64,000 nt of DNA from Truepera sp. (lineage in GTDB: Bacteria; Deinococcota; Deinococci; Deinococcales; Trueperaceae), in the NCBI GenBank assembly GCA_965218435.1, contig CBDCKW010000009.1:192001-256000 (forward strand), read 5' to 3'. The notes beneath the pieces are model-generated. The model did no database searches, had not been told where the DNA came from, and saw only the letters and a list, made by a program, of their open reading frames with translations. The position numbers were made by a program, and so were the translations under genes. Below are positions 51,533 through 61,200 of this stretch, piece after piece. The first letter of the stretch is position 1; each line of letters starts with the position of its first letter.

Positions 51533-51997
51533 TCACCGCATAAACCCCAAAATACGCGTCTCCATCCGGGTCACGCTTTCTCTGGCGGCGGCAATATCTT
51601 CGATATTAATCGCGTGCGCGTAGAGCAGTTTGCGGTCAGCCGAGACGCCCATCGCCACGGTTCCGGGCAAGAGCGTAATCGTCGCGCTTAAGAGTGAGAT
51701 GGCAGCGTCGCTCCGCAGACGTAGGGGCACGGCGATAATATGCGGATAAAAGACCGGACGGCGGCGCAGCGCGAGTAGTGCGATCAGAATATTGGCGAGC
51801 AGCAGTTCCCAAAGAAACGCCCCTAAATAACGTACAAACGCACCCAAACGCCGCGCAAATGATTCACCGCCACCACGTAAGACGCTAAGGAGCAGTACGG
51901 CGAGCGCGCCGCCGACGAGCAGATTAAACGCAGTCAGCTCACCGACTAAGATCGGCCAGAGCAGCGCAAAAAGAAACAGGGTAAAAACTTGGCTCAC
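51533..51997 (-). CDS. mrpE: Mrp antiporter subunit E
   Basis: ITLLPGT, LYAHA; GTG start overlaps the mrpD stop. Confidence 0.9.
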   Translation of the reverse strand: MSQVFTLFLFALLWPILVGELTAFNLLVGGALAVLLLSVLRGGGESFARRLGAFVRYLGAFLWELLLANILIALLALRRRPVFYPHIIAVPLRLRSDAAISLLSATITLLPGTVAMGVSADRKLLYAHAINIEDIAAARESVTRMETRILGFMR

Positions 51998-53517
51998 GGC
52001 GTGGCCCCCCGTCCCAGTTGCGGCAAGACCTGCCTGATATAGGTGTCCGGCGTCCCTAGTTGTGCGGCAACCTGTTCCGAAAGTGCGTAAACCGGGCCGC
52101 TTAACACGGCGAGCGAAACAAGTAGCGTCCCTGCTATGACGCTCACCCACCACATCCCTTTGGGCAGCGTAACCTTGTGAACCGCGTCTTCGTCACCCCA
52201 AAAAAAGCCGCGCCAAACTGCAATCCCGGCGTAAAGCAGCAGCAGCCCCGACGCGACAGCAACCGTCGCTACGCCGATACGGAGCGCCCCACCGGTTTGT
52301 AACAGCGCCTGAATCAGCGCGAACTTACCGACGAAGCCGCTGGTCGGCGGCAACCCGGCGAGTGCCAGCGCGGCAACAAAGTAAACTGCGCCCAATAGGG
52401 GATACGCGCCTAGATGCCCTTCAGCATGATCACTAAACCGTTCACCGGCGACGAGTTCCGCGAGACCGGCGAGTAAAAAGAGTGTAAAGATGACTAACAC
52501 CGAATTGATGAGATAGTAGAGTGTCGGGGCTAATGCGCCACTGGCGAGCCCCATGACCAAGTAGCCGACCGAGGCGACGTTGGCAAACGCCAAGAGGTGC
52601 CGCCAACGCCGCTGCGCCACTGTACCGAGCGCACCGAACAAAATGCTGAGTCCCGCGAGCAGCAGCAGCGTGTTTTTTACCCCAGTTTCTTCGGGAGCCA
52701 TCAAGGTAAAAAGCCGTAACAGTGCGTAAACGCCGACTTTGGTCAGCATCGCGCCGAAAAATGCGCCGACCGCGCCCGGTACGACCGGGTAGCTGTACGG
52801 CAACCAAAAGCCGAAGGGAAACGTCGCTGCTTTGGTCGCAAACACGAGTGCTAAAAGTGCAACGACGAGCGTGACTCTAGGGTCGCCGGTCACGCCTTGC
52901 AACCGCCCCGCGATGTCGGCCAGGTTAAGGGTGCCGAAAAGACCGTAGGCGAGCCCCGCCGCCGCGACAAAAATGGCTGACGCGACGAGGTTGACGACCA
53001 CGTACTTAAAGCCTTCGCGGAGTTGCGGGAGCGTGCCGCCGATCAGCAGCAGGCCGTACGAGGCGATCAGCATCACCTCAAACGAGACGAACAGGTTAAA
53101 AAGGTCGCCGGTTAAAAACGACATGTTGACGCCCATCAGTAGAAATTGCAAGAGCGCCTGCGTGCCCAATACCTCGCGGGTTTGGTTGAGCGTCGGCGAC
53201 GCCCCCCGGCGCGGCGCGTGGGCTAGGCTCGAGCCCGCATAAATGGTGCTCAGTAACCCGGTCACACCCGAAAGCAGCAGCATAATCCCCGTGAGGCCGT
53301 CCGCGACGAGCGTAATGCCGTACGGCGCAGGCCAACTGCCGAGCTGCGTGACGAGCACCTCACCGGAAAAGCTGAGCACCGCGAGCCAGAGCGACACGAG
53401 CAAAGTAACCAGCGAAACCACCGCCGAGGCGACAGCTCGAGCCCTCGGCGTTTTGAGGAGTAAAGAGAGCGCCCCGCCGAAAAGTGGCACGATAATGGGC
53501 AAGATCAGCGCGTTCAT
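51994..53517 (-). CDS. mrpD: Mrp antiporter subunit D
   Basis: TGDLFNLFVSFEVML, TKVGVY, GLPP. Confidence 0.93.
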   Translation of the reverse strand: MNALILPIIVPLFGGALSLLLKTPRARAVASAVVSLVTLLVSLWLAVLSFSGEVLVTQLGSWPAPYGITLVADGLTGIMLLLSGVTGLLSTIYAGSSLAHAPRRGASPTLNQTREVLGTQALLQFLLMGVNMSFLTGDLFNLFVSFEVMLIASYGLLLIGGTLPQLREGFKYVVVNLVASAIFVAAAGLAYGLFGTLNLADIAGRLQGVTGDPRVTLVVALLALVFATKAATFPFGFWLPYSYPVVPGAVGAFFGAMLTKVGVYALLRLFTLMAPEETGVKNTLLLLAGLSILFGALGTVAQRRWRHLLAFANVASVGYLVMGLASGALAPTLYYLINSVLVIFTLFLLAGLAELVAGERFSDHAEGHLGAYPLLGAVYFVAALALAGLPPTSGFVGKFALIQALLQTGGALRIGVATVAVASGLLLLYAGIAVWRGFFWGDEDAVHKVTLPKGMWWVSVIAGTLLVSLAVLSGPVYALSEQVAAQLGTPDTYIRQVLPQLGRGATP

Positions 53518-53942
53518 GAACGCCGCCGCAGTTTTTGCCGGGGTCCTTCATGAGTTTCCGGCGAGACCGACGGGTGTTCAGGGTCGGCGTAGACGCGTTG
53601 CGGCGTCGCCGGATCGGATTTTTCTAACAACTCTTGTACGTGGTCGGTCCCGGTCGCCTGAAACGCCCGCACAGCGAGGACCAAGAGCAGCGCCGTCGTC
53701 CCAAACCCGATCACAATCGCCGTCAAGATCAGGGCTTGGGGCAACGGGTCAACATAGGGGCCTTTAAGGTTGGTTAAGGGCGGGTCGCTGAGCCGCGCCC
53801 CGGCGACGAGCAAGATGGACAAGTTGGTACCGTAAGCGATCATCGAGAGCCCGATAATCAGGCGAATCATCGCCCGCGATAAGACCAAAAAAACTCCGGT
53901 TCCCACGAGCAGCGCCGCGAGCAGCGGCAGCAAAAGTTCCAT
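53514..53942 (-). CDS. mrpC: Mrp antiporter subunit C
   Basis: DPLPQALILTAIVIGF. Confidence 0.94.
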   Translation of the reverse strand: MELLLPLLAALLVGTGVFLVLSRAMIRLIIGLSMIAYGTNLSILLVAGARLSDPPLTNLKGPYVDPLPQALILTAIVIGFGTTALLLVLAVRAFQATGTDHVQELLEKSDPATPQRVYADPEHPSVSPETHEGPRQKLRRRS

Positions 53943-54400
53943 TACAAATCCTCGTTGGGGTCAAACGGTGAAAGCGTCATGTCCGAGTCTTCAGCTAAGA
54001 GTTCGATAATGGTCAGCGTCGCGCCGACGACCACCAAAAAGACCCCGGCGTCAAAGAGCACCGCCGTCGCCCACTCGAACTTACCGATCAGCGGCCACGT
54101 CAGGTAACCGTGACCGGATTTTAAGAACGCTTGCCCGCTCACGAGCGGCACGACGCCGGTGAGAAGCGCGAGCATGAGCCCCCACGGGAGCAACCGTTGC
54201 GGCGGCAAGTTCAAAAAGGGCCGGTCGAGGACGATCCGCGACAAGAGCGCCGCAACCGCGACCACCAGTCCGGCGATAAACCCACCCCCCGGCGCGTTGT
54301 GACCGCGTAAAAAGAGGTAAAACCCTAAAAACACCAGTACCAACACGACAGGTCTGGCAAAGGTTCCGAAGAGCAGCTCGAGCCCGCGTTTATCTGTCAT
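53942..54400 (-). CDS. mrpB: Mrp antiporter subunit B
   Basis: RGHNAPGGGFIAG; LFDAGV. Confidence 0.93.
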   Translation of the reverse strand: MTDKRGLELLFGTFARPVVLVLVFLGFYLFLRGHNAPGGGFIAGLVVAVAALLSRIVLDRPFLNLPPQRLLPWGLMLALLTGVVPLVSGQAFLKSGHGYLTWPLIGKFEWATAVLFDAGVFLVVVGATLTIIELLAEDSDMTLSPFDPNEDL

Positions 54401-56679
54401 GTTGACCTGTCATCAGCGTCTTCAGGGACGGTTCTGGTCTTCAGCAGTGCGTAGACGCTGATCCCGACAATCGCCAACACGGTAATCTCACCGAGCGTAT
54501 CGTAGCCTCTAAAATCAACCAAAATCACATTGACGACGTTGTAGCCGCCGCCACCCTCTTTGCTCTGAGTCAGAAAAAATGTCTGCAACCGCTCGCCAAT
54601 CGGCGTTTGCACGGCCAAGAGTGCGCCAAAAACCGTCAGCCCGACCGCGCCGGAAATCAGGGTATCGGCGACGGCCGCGCGTCTCGAGCGCCGGTAACGG
54701 GTCAGTTTAGGCAAATAGCGAAACACCGAGACGAACAAAATCACCGTCACGGTTTCAATCAAGAGTTGTGTCAGCGCGAGGTCGGGGGCGCGGAGCGCGA
54801 CGAACAAGAGTACCAGCGAGAACCCTGCCAAACCCGCGAAGATCAGGGCTGAAATCCGGGTCTGGGCGATGATGACGCCATATGACCCTCCAACCACCAA
54901 CAGCGCCGCCGCAAGGAACTCGAGCGGAACCGGCGTGACACTTGTCGGTAGGTATGGCCCTAGCCCAACGAAGGTAAACCCCACCCCGAGGAGCGCGACC
55001 GGCAGCCACAAGAGCCGGAGCTGCGCGGCAAACGTCGCATTTTGGGTTTTCCGCGTGGCGAAGCGGGCGAAGTGCTCCAAGCCGCCCATCAGCGCGTAGT
55101 AGACCGTATTGAGGTTCCGCGCAGGCGTCAGCGCCTGTTGCAACCGTCCAAAGGGACCACGGAGGAAGTACAGTAAGGTCCCGGCTCCCCACGTCCACAA
55201 CGACCAGACCAAAGCCGCGTTGAGACCGTGCCAGAGGTAGAGCGCCTTGGCTTTGAACGCCAAGGCCGGGGCTGCGAGCGCGACGACCGGCGTCGCCAGC
55301 GTCGCGTTCCACGGGAAAACGCCGCAAAGGATGACGAGCACGCTCAGCAGCGCGGTCGGGAGGAGCATCCCTAAAGGCGCTTCGTGAACGTTAGGCCGGT
55401 GGCAACGGTACGGCCCGACAAACACGCTTAAAAATCTGAGGCTGTAGGTGAGGGTCATGACGCTGCCGACCACGGCCAGAACCATTGGCAAGGTGCCGCT
55501 ACGGAGCATCTCTTCGTAAAACAGCTCTTTGGAAATAAAGCCGCCGAACGGGGGCAGCCCCGCCATCGAGAGCGCCGCCGGAACCGCGATCAGAAAGGTC
55601 CAGGGAAGTTTGCGGGCGAGCCCTGAGAGCTCCCGGACGCTGCGGCTCCCCGTTTCGTGGTCAATACTGCCGACGACCAAAAAGAGCGCCGCCTTAAACG
55701 CCGCGTGGTTGACTAGATGCGCGGTGGCCGCAAACGGATACCCCGCGCCGTAAAGCGCCGTCAAGAGACCGAGCTGTGAGACCGTCGAATAGGCTAACAA
55801 TGCCTTGAGGTCGTCTTGCTTCAAGGCCAGATACGAACCCCAAATCATCGTGACGAGTCCCAGATAGAGAAGGCCGCCTGACCACGCGCTGAGGACAAAA
55901 AGCGGTGCAAATTTAGCGAGTAGGACGATCCCGGCCTTGACCATCGTCGCGGAGTGCAGGTACGCCGAGATCGGCGTCGGCGCTTCCATCGCGGTCGGTA
56001 ACCAGATATAAAAGGGAAACTGCGCCGATTTAGTGACGGCGGCAAAGAGTAGCAGCACCAGTGCCGGCACGAAAGAGGGGCTCGAGCGCACCGCCGCGAA
56101 GTCGAGCTGCGACACCTTGACGCTGCCGCCCGCGAGGATCAGCAAGATCACCGAGGCGAGGAGCGCCAACCCGCCCGCTGAGGTAATGACGAGCGCCTTG
56201 ACTGCCCCGTCTTGCGCGGCGCGGCGCGTGTCCCAAAAGCCGATTAAGAGAAATGAGGCGACCGAAGTAAGCTCCCAAAAGGCGAACATGGCGATCAAGT
56301 TGTCGCTCAGGACAAAGCCGAGCATCGCGCCGCCGAAGAGCAGCAAAAACCCGTAAAAGCGCCCGTGCCGTTCTTTCGGCCCGAGATACGACGCCGCGTA
56401 GACCATGACCAGAACGCCCATCACCCCGACGAGCAGGGCAAACAAGAGCGAAAAGCCGTCGGCGCGAAACGAGAGTGAGAGCTCGAGGCCGGGAACCCAC
56501 GCGGCGCTCCCCTGCGCGGGGGTATTTTGCTCTGCTCCCGGAATCAGCGTGGCGAGAGCCAAAGCCGGGACAAAAGCAAGCGCCAGCGGCCAGCCCGCTC
56601 TCGCGCCCAAGGGCCGCGCCAAAAACGGCGCGAGAAGCGCCCCCAAAAACGGTAGCAGCACAGCGAAAACGAGCAGCAT
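54397..56679 (-). CDS. mrpA: Mrp antiporter subunit A
   Basis: FWELTS, KSAQFPF, AMEAPTPISAYLHSATMVKAG, VDFRGYDT. Confidence 0.95.
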   Translation of the reverse strand: MLLVFAVLLPFLGALLAPFLARPLGARAGWPLALAFVPALALATLIPGAEQNTPAQGSAAWVPGLELSLSFRADGFSLLFALLVGVMGVLVMVYAASYLGPKERHGRFYGFLLLFGGAMLGFVLSDNLIAMFAFWELTSVASFLLIGFWDTRRAAQDGAVKALVITSAGGLALLASVILLILAGGSVKVSQLDFAAVRSSPSFVPALVLLLFAAVTKSAQFPFYIWLPTAMEAPTPISAYLHSATMVKAGIVLLAKFAPLFVLSAWSGGLLYLGLVTMIWGSYLALKQDDLKALLAYSTVSQLGLLTALYGAGYPFAATAHLVNHAAFKAALFLVVGSIDHETGSRSVRELSGLARKLPWTFLIAVPAALSMAGLPPFGGFISKELFYEEMLRSGTLPMVLAVVGSVMTLTYSLRFLSVFVGPYRCHRPNVHEAPLGMLLPTALLSVLVILCGVFPWNATLATPVVALAAPALAFKAKALYLWHGLNAALVWSLWTWGAGTLLYFLRGPFGRLQQALTPARNLNTVYYALMGGLEHFARFATRKTQNATFAAQLRLLWLPVALLGVGFTFVGLGPYLPTSVTPVPLEFLAAALLVVGGSYGVIIAQTRISALIFAGLAGFSLVLLFVALRAPDLALTQLLIETVTVILFVSVFRYLPKLTRYRRSRRAAVADTLISGAVGLTVFGALLAVQTPIGERLQTFFLTQSKEGGGGYNVVNVILVDFRGYDTLGEITVLAIVGISVYALLKTRTVPEDADDRST

Positions 56680-57662
56680 TACTGAGCGAACGCCCTCAGT
56701 CTTGAGATCACTTTGTTATAACTAGCCAGGTCACCCGCGCGGGGCACCCGGTAAGGGCCGACAAACACCGACGGCGTGCTGTTCACGCCGAGCTGCTGCG
56801 TGGCGACCGCTAAGTCATTCTGGATTTCTTCCCTAAACCGCCCGTCGGCGAGGCACGCCGCCACGCCTTCGTTTGCTAACCCGACCTCCTGAGCCAACCG
56901 GACGAAGTACGGAGCCGCGTCGCCGAGACCTGCCCAAGCCTTTTGCCGCCCAAAAAGCGCGTCGTGATACGTCCAAAAGGCTTCGGGCGTGTTCGCTGCC
57001 GTGACACATTCGGCGGCCTCAGCTGCGAGTAAGGCGTTGGCGTGAATGCTGGTTAAGGGCAGATAGTGATATTCAAAACGCACATCACCACGCGCCAACA
57101 AAGTTTTTTTCAGTTCCGGCAACACCTGAGCTGAATACTGCGCACAAAAAGGGCACTGAAAGTCCGAAAACTCACGGATGACTACGGGAGCGTCTTTCGG
57201 CCCGAGCGTGTGGTTGGACGGCGGAAACCCCTGAGTTTCGGCAAGGTTTAGAGAAAATGTCGTGCGGTACGGTGCGACCTCCCCGGTTACGGCCAACCTC
57301 AAGATGAACTCTTCGACGTTGATAGACACTTCGCCCCGACCGGCGAGTTCAGCGGCCCGCGTCTCTAAAAAGTCGGTCATAGGTCCAGTAAGTCCCGCTC
57401 CGTACCCGGTCGCCGCGCCGACAAGCTGCGCCAGCGCCGTTCGGCCTTTGGGACTGAGCACAGCGTCACCCGAAACGCGGTAGAGTGCGCCGCTACGCTT
57501 GGTGAGCGCAAACGTCACACCGTCTGTGCTATATCCCTGCGCCGTTTTCGTCGGCTTCGGTGCTAATTTTTGTAGCAACTGCGCAGGTGGCAGACCGACC
57601 TGCGCTAGAGCAACGCCATAAGCTAGAACGCCACAGAAGAGCAGAAGAGCCGATCTCCTCAC
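56679..57662 (-). CDS. DsbA-family thioredoxin-fold protein with N-terminal extension
   Basis: Signal peptide; FSDFQCPFC; GVNSTP. Confidence 0.9.
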   Translation of the reverse strand: MRRSALLLFCGVLAYGVALAQVGLPPAQLLQKLAPKPTKTAQGYSTDGVTFALTKRSGALYRVSGDAVLSPKGRTALAQLVGAATGYGAGLTGPMTDFLETRAAELAGRGEVSINVEEFILRLAVTGEVAPYRTTFSLNLAETQGFPPSNHTLGPKDAPVVIREFSDFQCPFCAQYSAQVLPELKKTLLARGDVRFEYHYLPLTSIHANALLAAEAAECVTAANTPEAFWTYHDALFGRQKAWAGLGDAAPYFVRLAQEVGLANEGVAACLADGRFREEIQNDLAVATQQLGVNSTPSVFVGPYRVPRAGDLASYNKVISRLRAFAQ

Positions 57663-59164
57663 GCCGTAACCCCGTAAAGCGCCCCGAATTTTTCTTTTAA
57701 GTAACGGATATACGGGCCAGCCTCGAGCTTCTGTCCCGTCGCCCGCTCTAAAAGTTCGGCAGGTTCGTAACGTGAACCGTGCTGATGGATATTTTCGCGG
57801 AGCCAGCCCAAAAGGTTACCGAACTGCCCATGTTGGATGTCTTCTTCAAGCTCAGGCTGCGCGGCTTTTACGGCGTCAAAGAGTTGCGCACTGATCAGGT
57901 TGCCGAGCGTGTAGGTCGGAAAATAGCCGAACATTCCAATAGACCAGTGGATATCTTGCAAACAGCCCTGCGCGTCGTCCGGCGGCGTCACGCCCAAATA
58001 GTCTTCGTATTTGGCGTTCCAAGCTTCGGGCAGGTCGGCGGCCTTTAAGGTGCCTTCTAAGAGGGCGAGCTCGAGTTCAAAGCGCACCATCACGTGCAGG
58101 TTATAGGTCACCTCATCGGCTTCAACCCGGATCAGGCTCGGTGAGACACGGTTGATGGCCCGGTAAAAGTCTTGTTGCGCAACGCTGCCCAGCTGCGCCG
58201 GAAAGGTCTCTTGCAGTTTCGGATAGGCCCACCGCCAAAAACCCTGTGAGCGGCCCACCAGGTTTTCCCACAGCCGCGACTGCGACTCGTGGATTCCCAG
58301 ACTTACGGCAACGCCGAGCGGGGAGCGGTCGTACTCACTGCTGATACCCTGCTCGTACAGCGCGTGCCCCGCCTCGTGCAGCGTGCCGAACAGCGCCGGA
58401 CTTAAAAAGTTCGCGTCGTAACGGGTCGTAACGCGCACGTCGTATTTGCTCATGCTCGTGGCAAACGGGTGCACGGTGCGATCTAAGCGGCCGCGCTCAA
58501 AGTCGTAACCGAAGGCGCGGATGACGCCCACCGCAAACGCCTCTTGTTCAGCTTCTGAAAAGGCTTGGCGGAGCGGCGCGTCCGAGTTTTCCTTATCGCT
58601 AAGCTCACGCAGGAGCGGCACGAGCGCGTCCCTCAGCTCAGCGAAGACGGTGCGGAGCCGCCCGGTACTGCTGCCGCGTTCAAACAGGTCGTGCAGCGCG
58701 TCGTAAGGGTGGGCGTCGTAACCCAGCAGCTCGGCTTGTTGGAGATTAAAGTCCACCATCTTGGCGAGGTGCGGCGCGAACTGCGAAAAATCCGAAGCGG
58801 CCCTGGCCCCCACCCACGCAGCTTGTGCCGCGCTCCGGGCAAGGGTAAAGTCTTCAACGAACGCCCCCGGCAGCTTCGTCGCCTGCTCAAAATTGCGGCG
58901 GACGACGCGTACCAGCGCGGCGTCAGGCGTGTCACCTTCGTCGGCCCCGGCAGCTTCTAAACCCTCCAGCCACTCGCCCAACTGTGGGTCGGTCGCACGT
59001 TTATGGATTACGCCGCCCAGCGTGGCGAGCTGCTGACCGCGAGCGGCGGCCGCGCCGGGTGGCAAGTAGACATTTTGGTCCCAACTAAGGAGAGCTTGGG
59101 CTTGCAGTAAGTCCATCGTCGGGGCGAGCTGCGCCCGCAGGTGCTCGAGATCTTGAACCGTCAT
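57659..59164 (-). CDS. Carboxypeptidase, family M32
   Basis: HPF, HEAGH, HESQS, IRVEADE, QDIHW, YFPTY; TAAGCT 7 nt before ATG 59164. Confidence 0.94.
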   Translation of the reverse strand: MTVQDLEHLRAQLAPTMDLLQAQALLSWDQNVYLPPGAAAARGQQLATLGGVIHKRATDPQLGEWLEGLEAAGADEGDTPDAALVRVVRRNFEQATKLPGAFVEDFTLARSAAQAAWVGARAASDFSQFAPHLAKMVDFNLQQAELLGYDAHPYDALHDLFERGSSTGRLRTVFAELRDALVPLLRELSDKENSDAPLRQAFSEAEQEAFAVGVIRAFGYDFERGRLDRTVHPFATSMSKYDVRVTTRYDANFLSPALFGTLHEAGHALYEQGISSEYDRSPLGVAVSLGIHESQSRLWENLVGRSQGFWRWAYPKLQETFPAQLGSVAQQDFYRAINRVSPSLIRVEADEVTYNLHVMVRFELELALLEGTLKAADLPEAWNAKYEDYLGVTPPDDAQGCLQDIHWSIGMFGYFPTYTLGNLISAQLFDAVKAAQPELEEDIQHGQFGNLLGWLRENIHQHGSRYEPAELLERATGQKLEAGPYIRYLKEKFGALYGVTA

Positions 59165-59247
59165 ACAGGCTAGCTTAACGCACCTTGTGTGAAACGTCGT
59201 CAACCCCCTTCCTAGCGGCCCGGAGCTGCGTGCTATTGTGCAGAGAT

Positions 59248-61002
59248 ATGAACCTCCATATGTCTGAGGCGGCGCGCGCGCTGTTAGAACGTGAACGCCT
59301 CGTCATTACCGACCTCCGGGCGCTGCTGGGCCGCTTAGACGCCCGCGCCGAAGACCAAGCTGAACTCAAAACTGCGCTGAGTGACCTCGAGGGCCTTTTT
59401 CTCCTCGTCGTGTGCGGTGAATACAACGCCGGTAAGTCCACGTTCTTAAATGCCTTATTGGGCGAAAAAGTGATGTTAGAAGGCGTCACCCCAACCACCG
59501 ACCGCATCACCATTGTGACCTACGGCGACGCGCGGCGCGACACCGAAGAGGGCGACCTGATCCTCCGCCGCGAAACCCCCGCCGAGATCTTGCGCGACCT
59601 CGCCTTCGTTGATACGCCCGGTACCAACGCGGTCATCAAACGCCACCAAGAGCTGACCGAACGCTTTGTCCCCCGCGCCGACCTCGTGTTATTCGTCACC
59701 TCCGCCGACCGCCCTTTTACCGAATCCGAGCGGCAGTTTTTAGAACTCATCCGCTCGTGGGGTAAAAAAGTCGTGGTCGTCGTCAACAAGATTGACATTT
59801 TGGACGAAGAAGAACAAAAAAAGGTTCTGGCGTTCGTTCAGGAACACGCTGCTGAAACACTTAAAGAAACCGTCGGCGGCGCACCCCAAGTGTTCGGCGT
59901 CGCCGCGAGAAACGCGTTTAAGGCTCGGGCAGCCGGGGACGAAGCCGCCTTAAAAAAAAGTGGGTTGCCGGAACTCGAGCACTTTATCAGCACCACCATT
60001 GCCGGAGAAACCCGTTTGCAGCTCAAACTCGGAACCCCGCTCGGGGTCGCACAACGCCTCGCTGAACGTTACGGCAGCGTGATCAGTGGCGAATTGGGCC
60101 TGTTGGCGGGCGACCGCCGCACCTTAGAAGAGGTCGAGCGGCAGGTCAGACAGTTCAAAAAAGATATGCGGCGTGAGTTTGAAAGCTACCTCTCGAGGGT
60201 GAAAACGGTGCTCTTAGAGGTCGAGCGGCGCGGCGACGTATTTTTTGACGATACCGTGCGGCTGACTAAAATTTTGCAGCTCATAGACAACGAGCGGATG
60301 CGCGAAGCGTTCCGTGCCCGCGTCATTCGCGGAGCCGACAAAGAGATTGACCGGGCCGTCGCCGAGATGGTGGACTGGTTTATCGGCCGTAATTTGCAAC
60401 TCTGGGAAGACGTGATGACGTTTGTGCAAGAAAGGCGGCAAGCCTCCGACGAACGGGTCATCGGCGAGGTCGGCGGACGGTTTCAGTACGACCGTGACGC
60501 GCTGATTCGGGGCCTCAGTCAGAGCGCCGAAACGGTGATGACGAGCTACAACGAAGACGCCGAGTCGCGCCGTTTAGCCGACGCGATGCAGAGTTCGGCG
60601 CTGCAAACCGGCCTGATTCAAGTTGGCGGGTTGGGCCTCGGCGCAGCGATGGTCGCCTTTTTGTCGGGCGCGGCGCTCGACGCAACCGGGATTTTAGCGG
60701 GCTTGACCGTTGCCGGACTCGGTTTTTTGGTCTTGCCCAACCGCCGCCGCACGGCTAAACGCAACTTGCACGAAGAGATGCAGCGCCTCCGCGACGGGCT
60801 TTCAGAAAGCCTGAACGGACAGTTTGAACGCGAACTAGACCGCTCGGCGGAAAAGCTCAACGCGGCGATTTCGCCGTATACGCGGTTTGTCAAAAGTGAA
60901 GTAGGACGGCTCGAGACCCTTCAGGGTGAGCTCGAGACCGCTACCACCACCCTGCGCACCCTGCGCCGCGAGGTCAATACGCTGTCTGAAAGCGTCAGCT
61001 AG
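59248..61002 (+). CDS. Bacterial dynamin-like GTPase
   Basis: GEYNAGKS, TPTT, DTPG and NKID; helical stalk; hydrophobic hairpin near the C-terminus. Confidence 0.9.
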   Translation: MNLHMSEAARALLERERLVITDLRALLGRLDARAEDQAELKTALSDLEGLFLLVVCGEYNAGKSTFLNALLGEKVMLEGVTPTTDRITIVTYGDARRDTEEGDLILRRETPAEILRDLAFVDTPGTNAVIKRHQELTERFVPRADLVLFVTSADRPFTESERQFLELIRSWGKKVVVVVNKIDILDEEEQKKVLAFVQEHAAETLKETVGGAPQVFGVAARNAFKARAAGDEAALKKSGLPELEHFISTTIAGETRLQLKLGTPLGVAQRLAERYGSVISGELGLLAGDRRTLEEVERQVRQFKKDMRREFESYLSRVKTVLLEVERRGDVFFDDTVRLTKILQLIDNERMREAFRARVIRGADKEIDRAVAEMVDWFIGRNLQLWEDVMTFVQERRQASDERVIGEVGGRFQYDRDALIRGLSQSAETVMTSYNEDAESRRLADAMQSSALQTGLIQVGGLGLGAAMVAFLSGAALDATGILAGLTVAGLGFLVLPNRRRTAKRNLHEEMQRLRDGLSESLNGQFERELDRSAEKLNAAISPYTRFVKSEVGRLETLQGELETATTTLRTLRREVNTLSESVS

Positions 61003-61155
61003 ATTCTGTTGACCCGCTTAGATAAGCTCGAGGCGGTTGTAGCACATTACAAAGAAGTAGTAAACATTCAGAAGTTGGTAGCTTGATTGCGAAAATATCG
61101 TCTCTCACGCATACAAACTACGATAACAAGTCAAAGCAACCCGATTACGAAAGCT

Positions 61156-61184
61156 AAAAAAGCGCAACCCCGTAAGGTTGCGCT
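61156..61184 (-). terminator. Intrinsic terminator
   Basis: AGCGCAACC-CCGTAA-GGTTGCGCT with a left A-run (U-tract on the minus strand). Confidence 0.8.
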
Positions 61185-61200
61185 TCAAAGCCGTCAAAAC

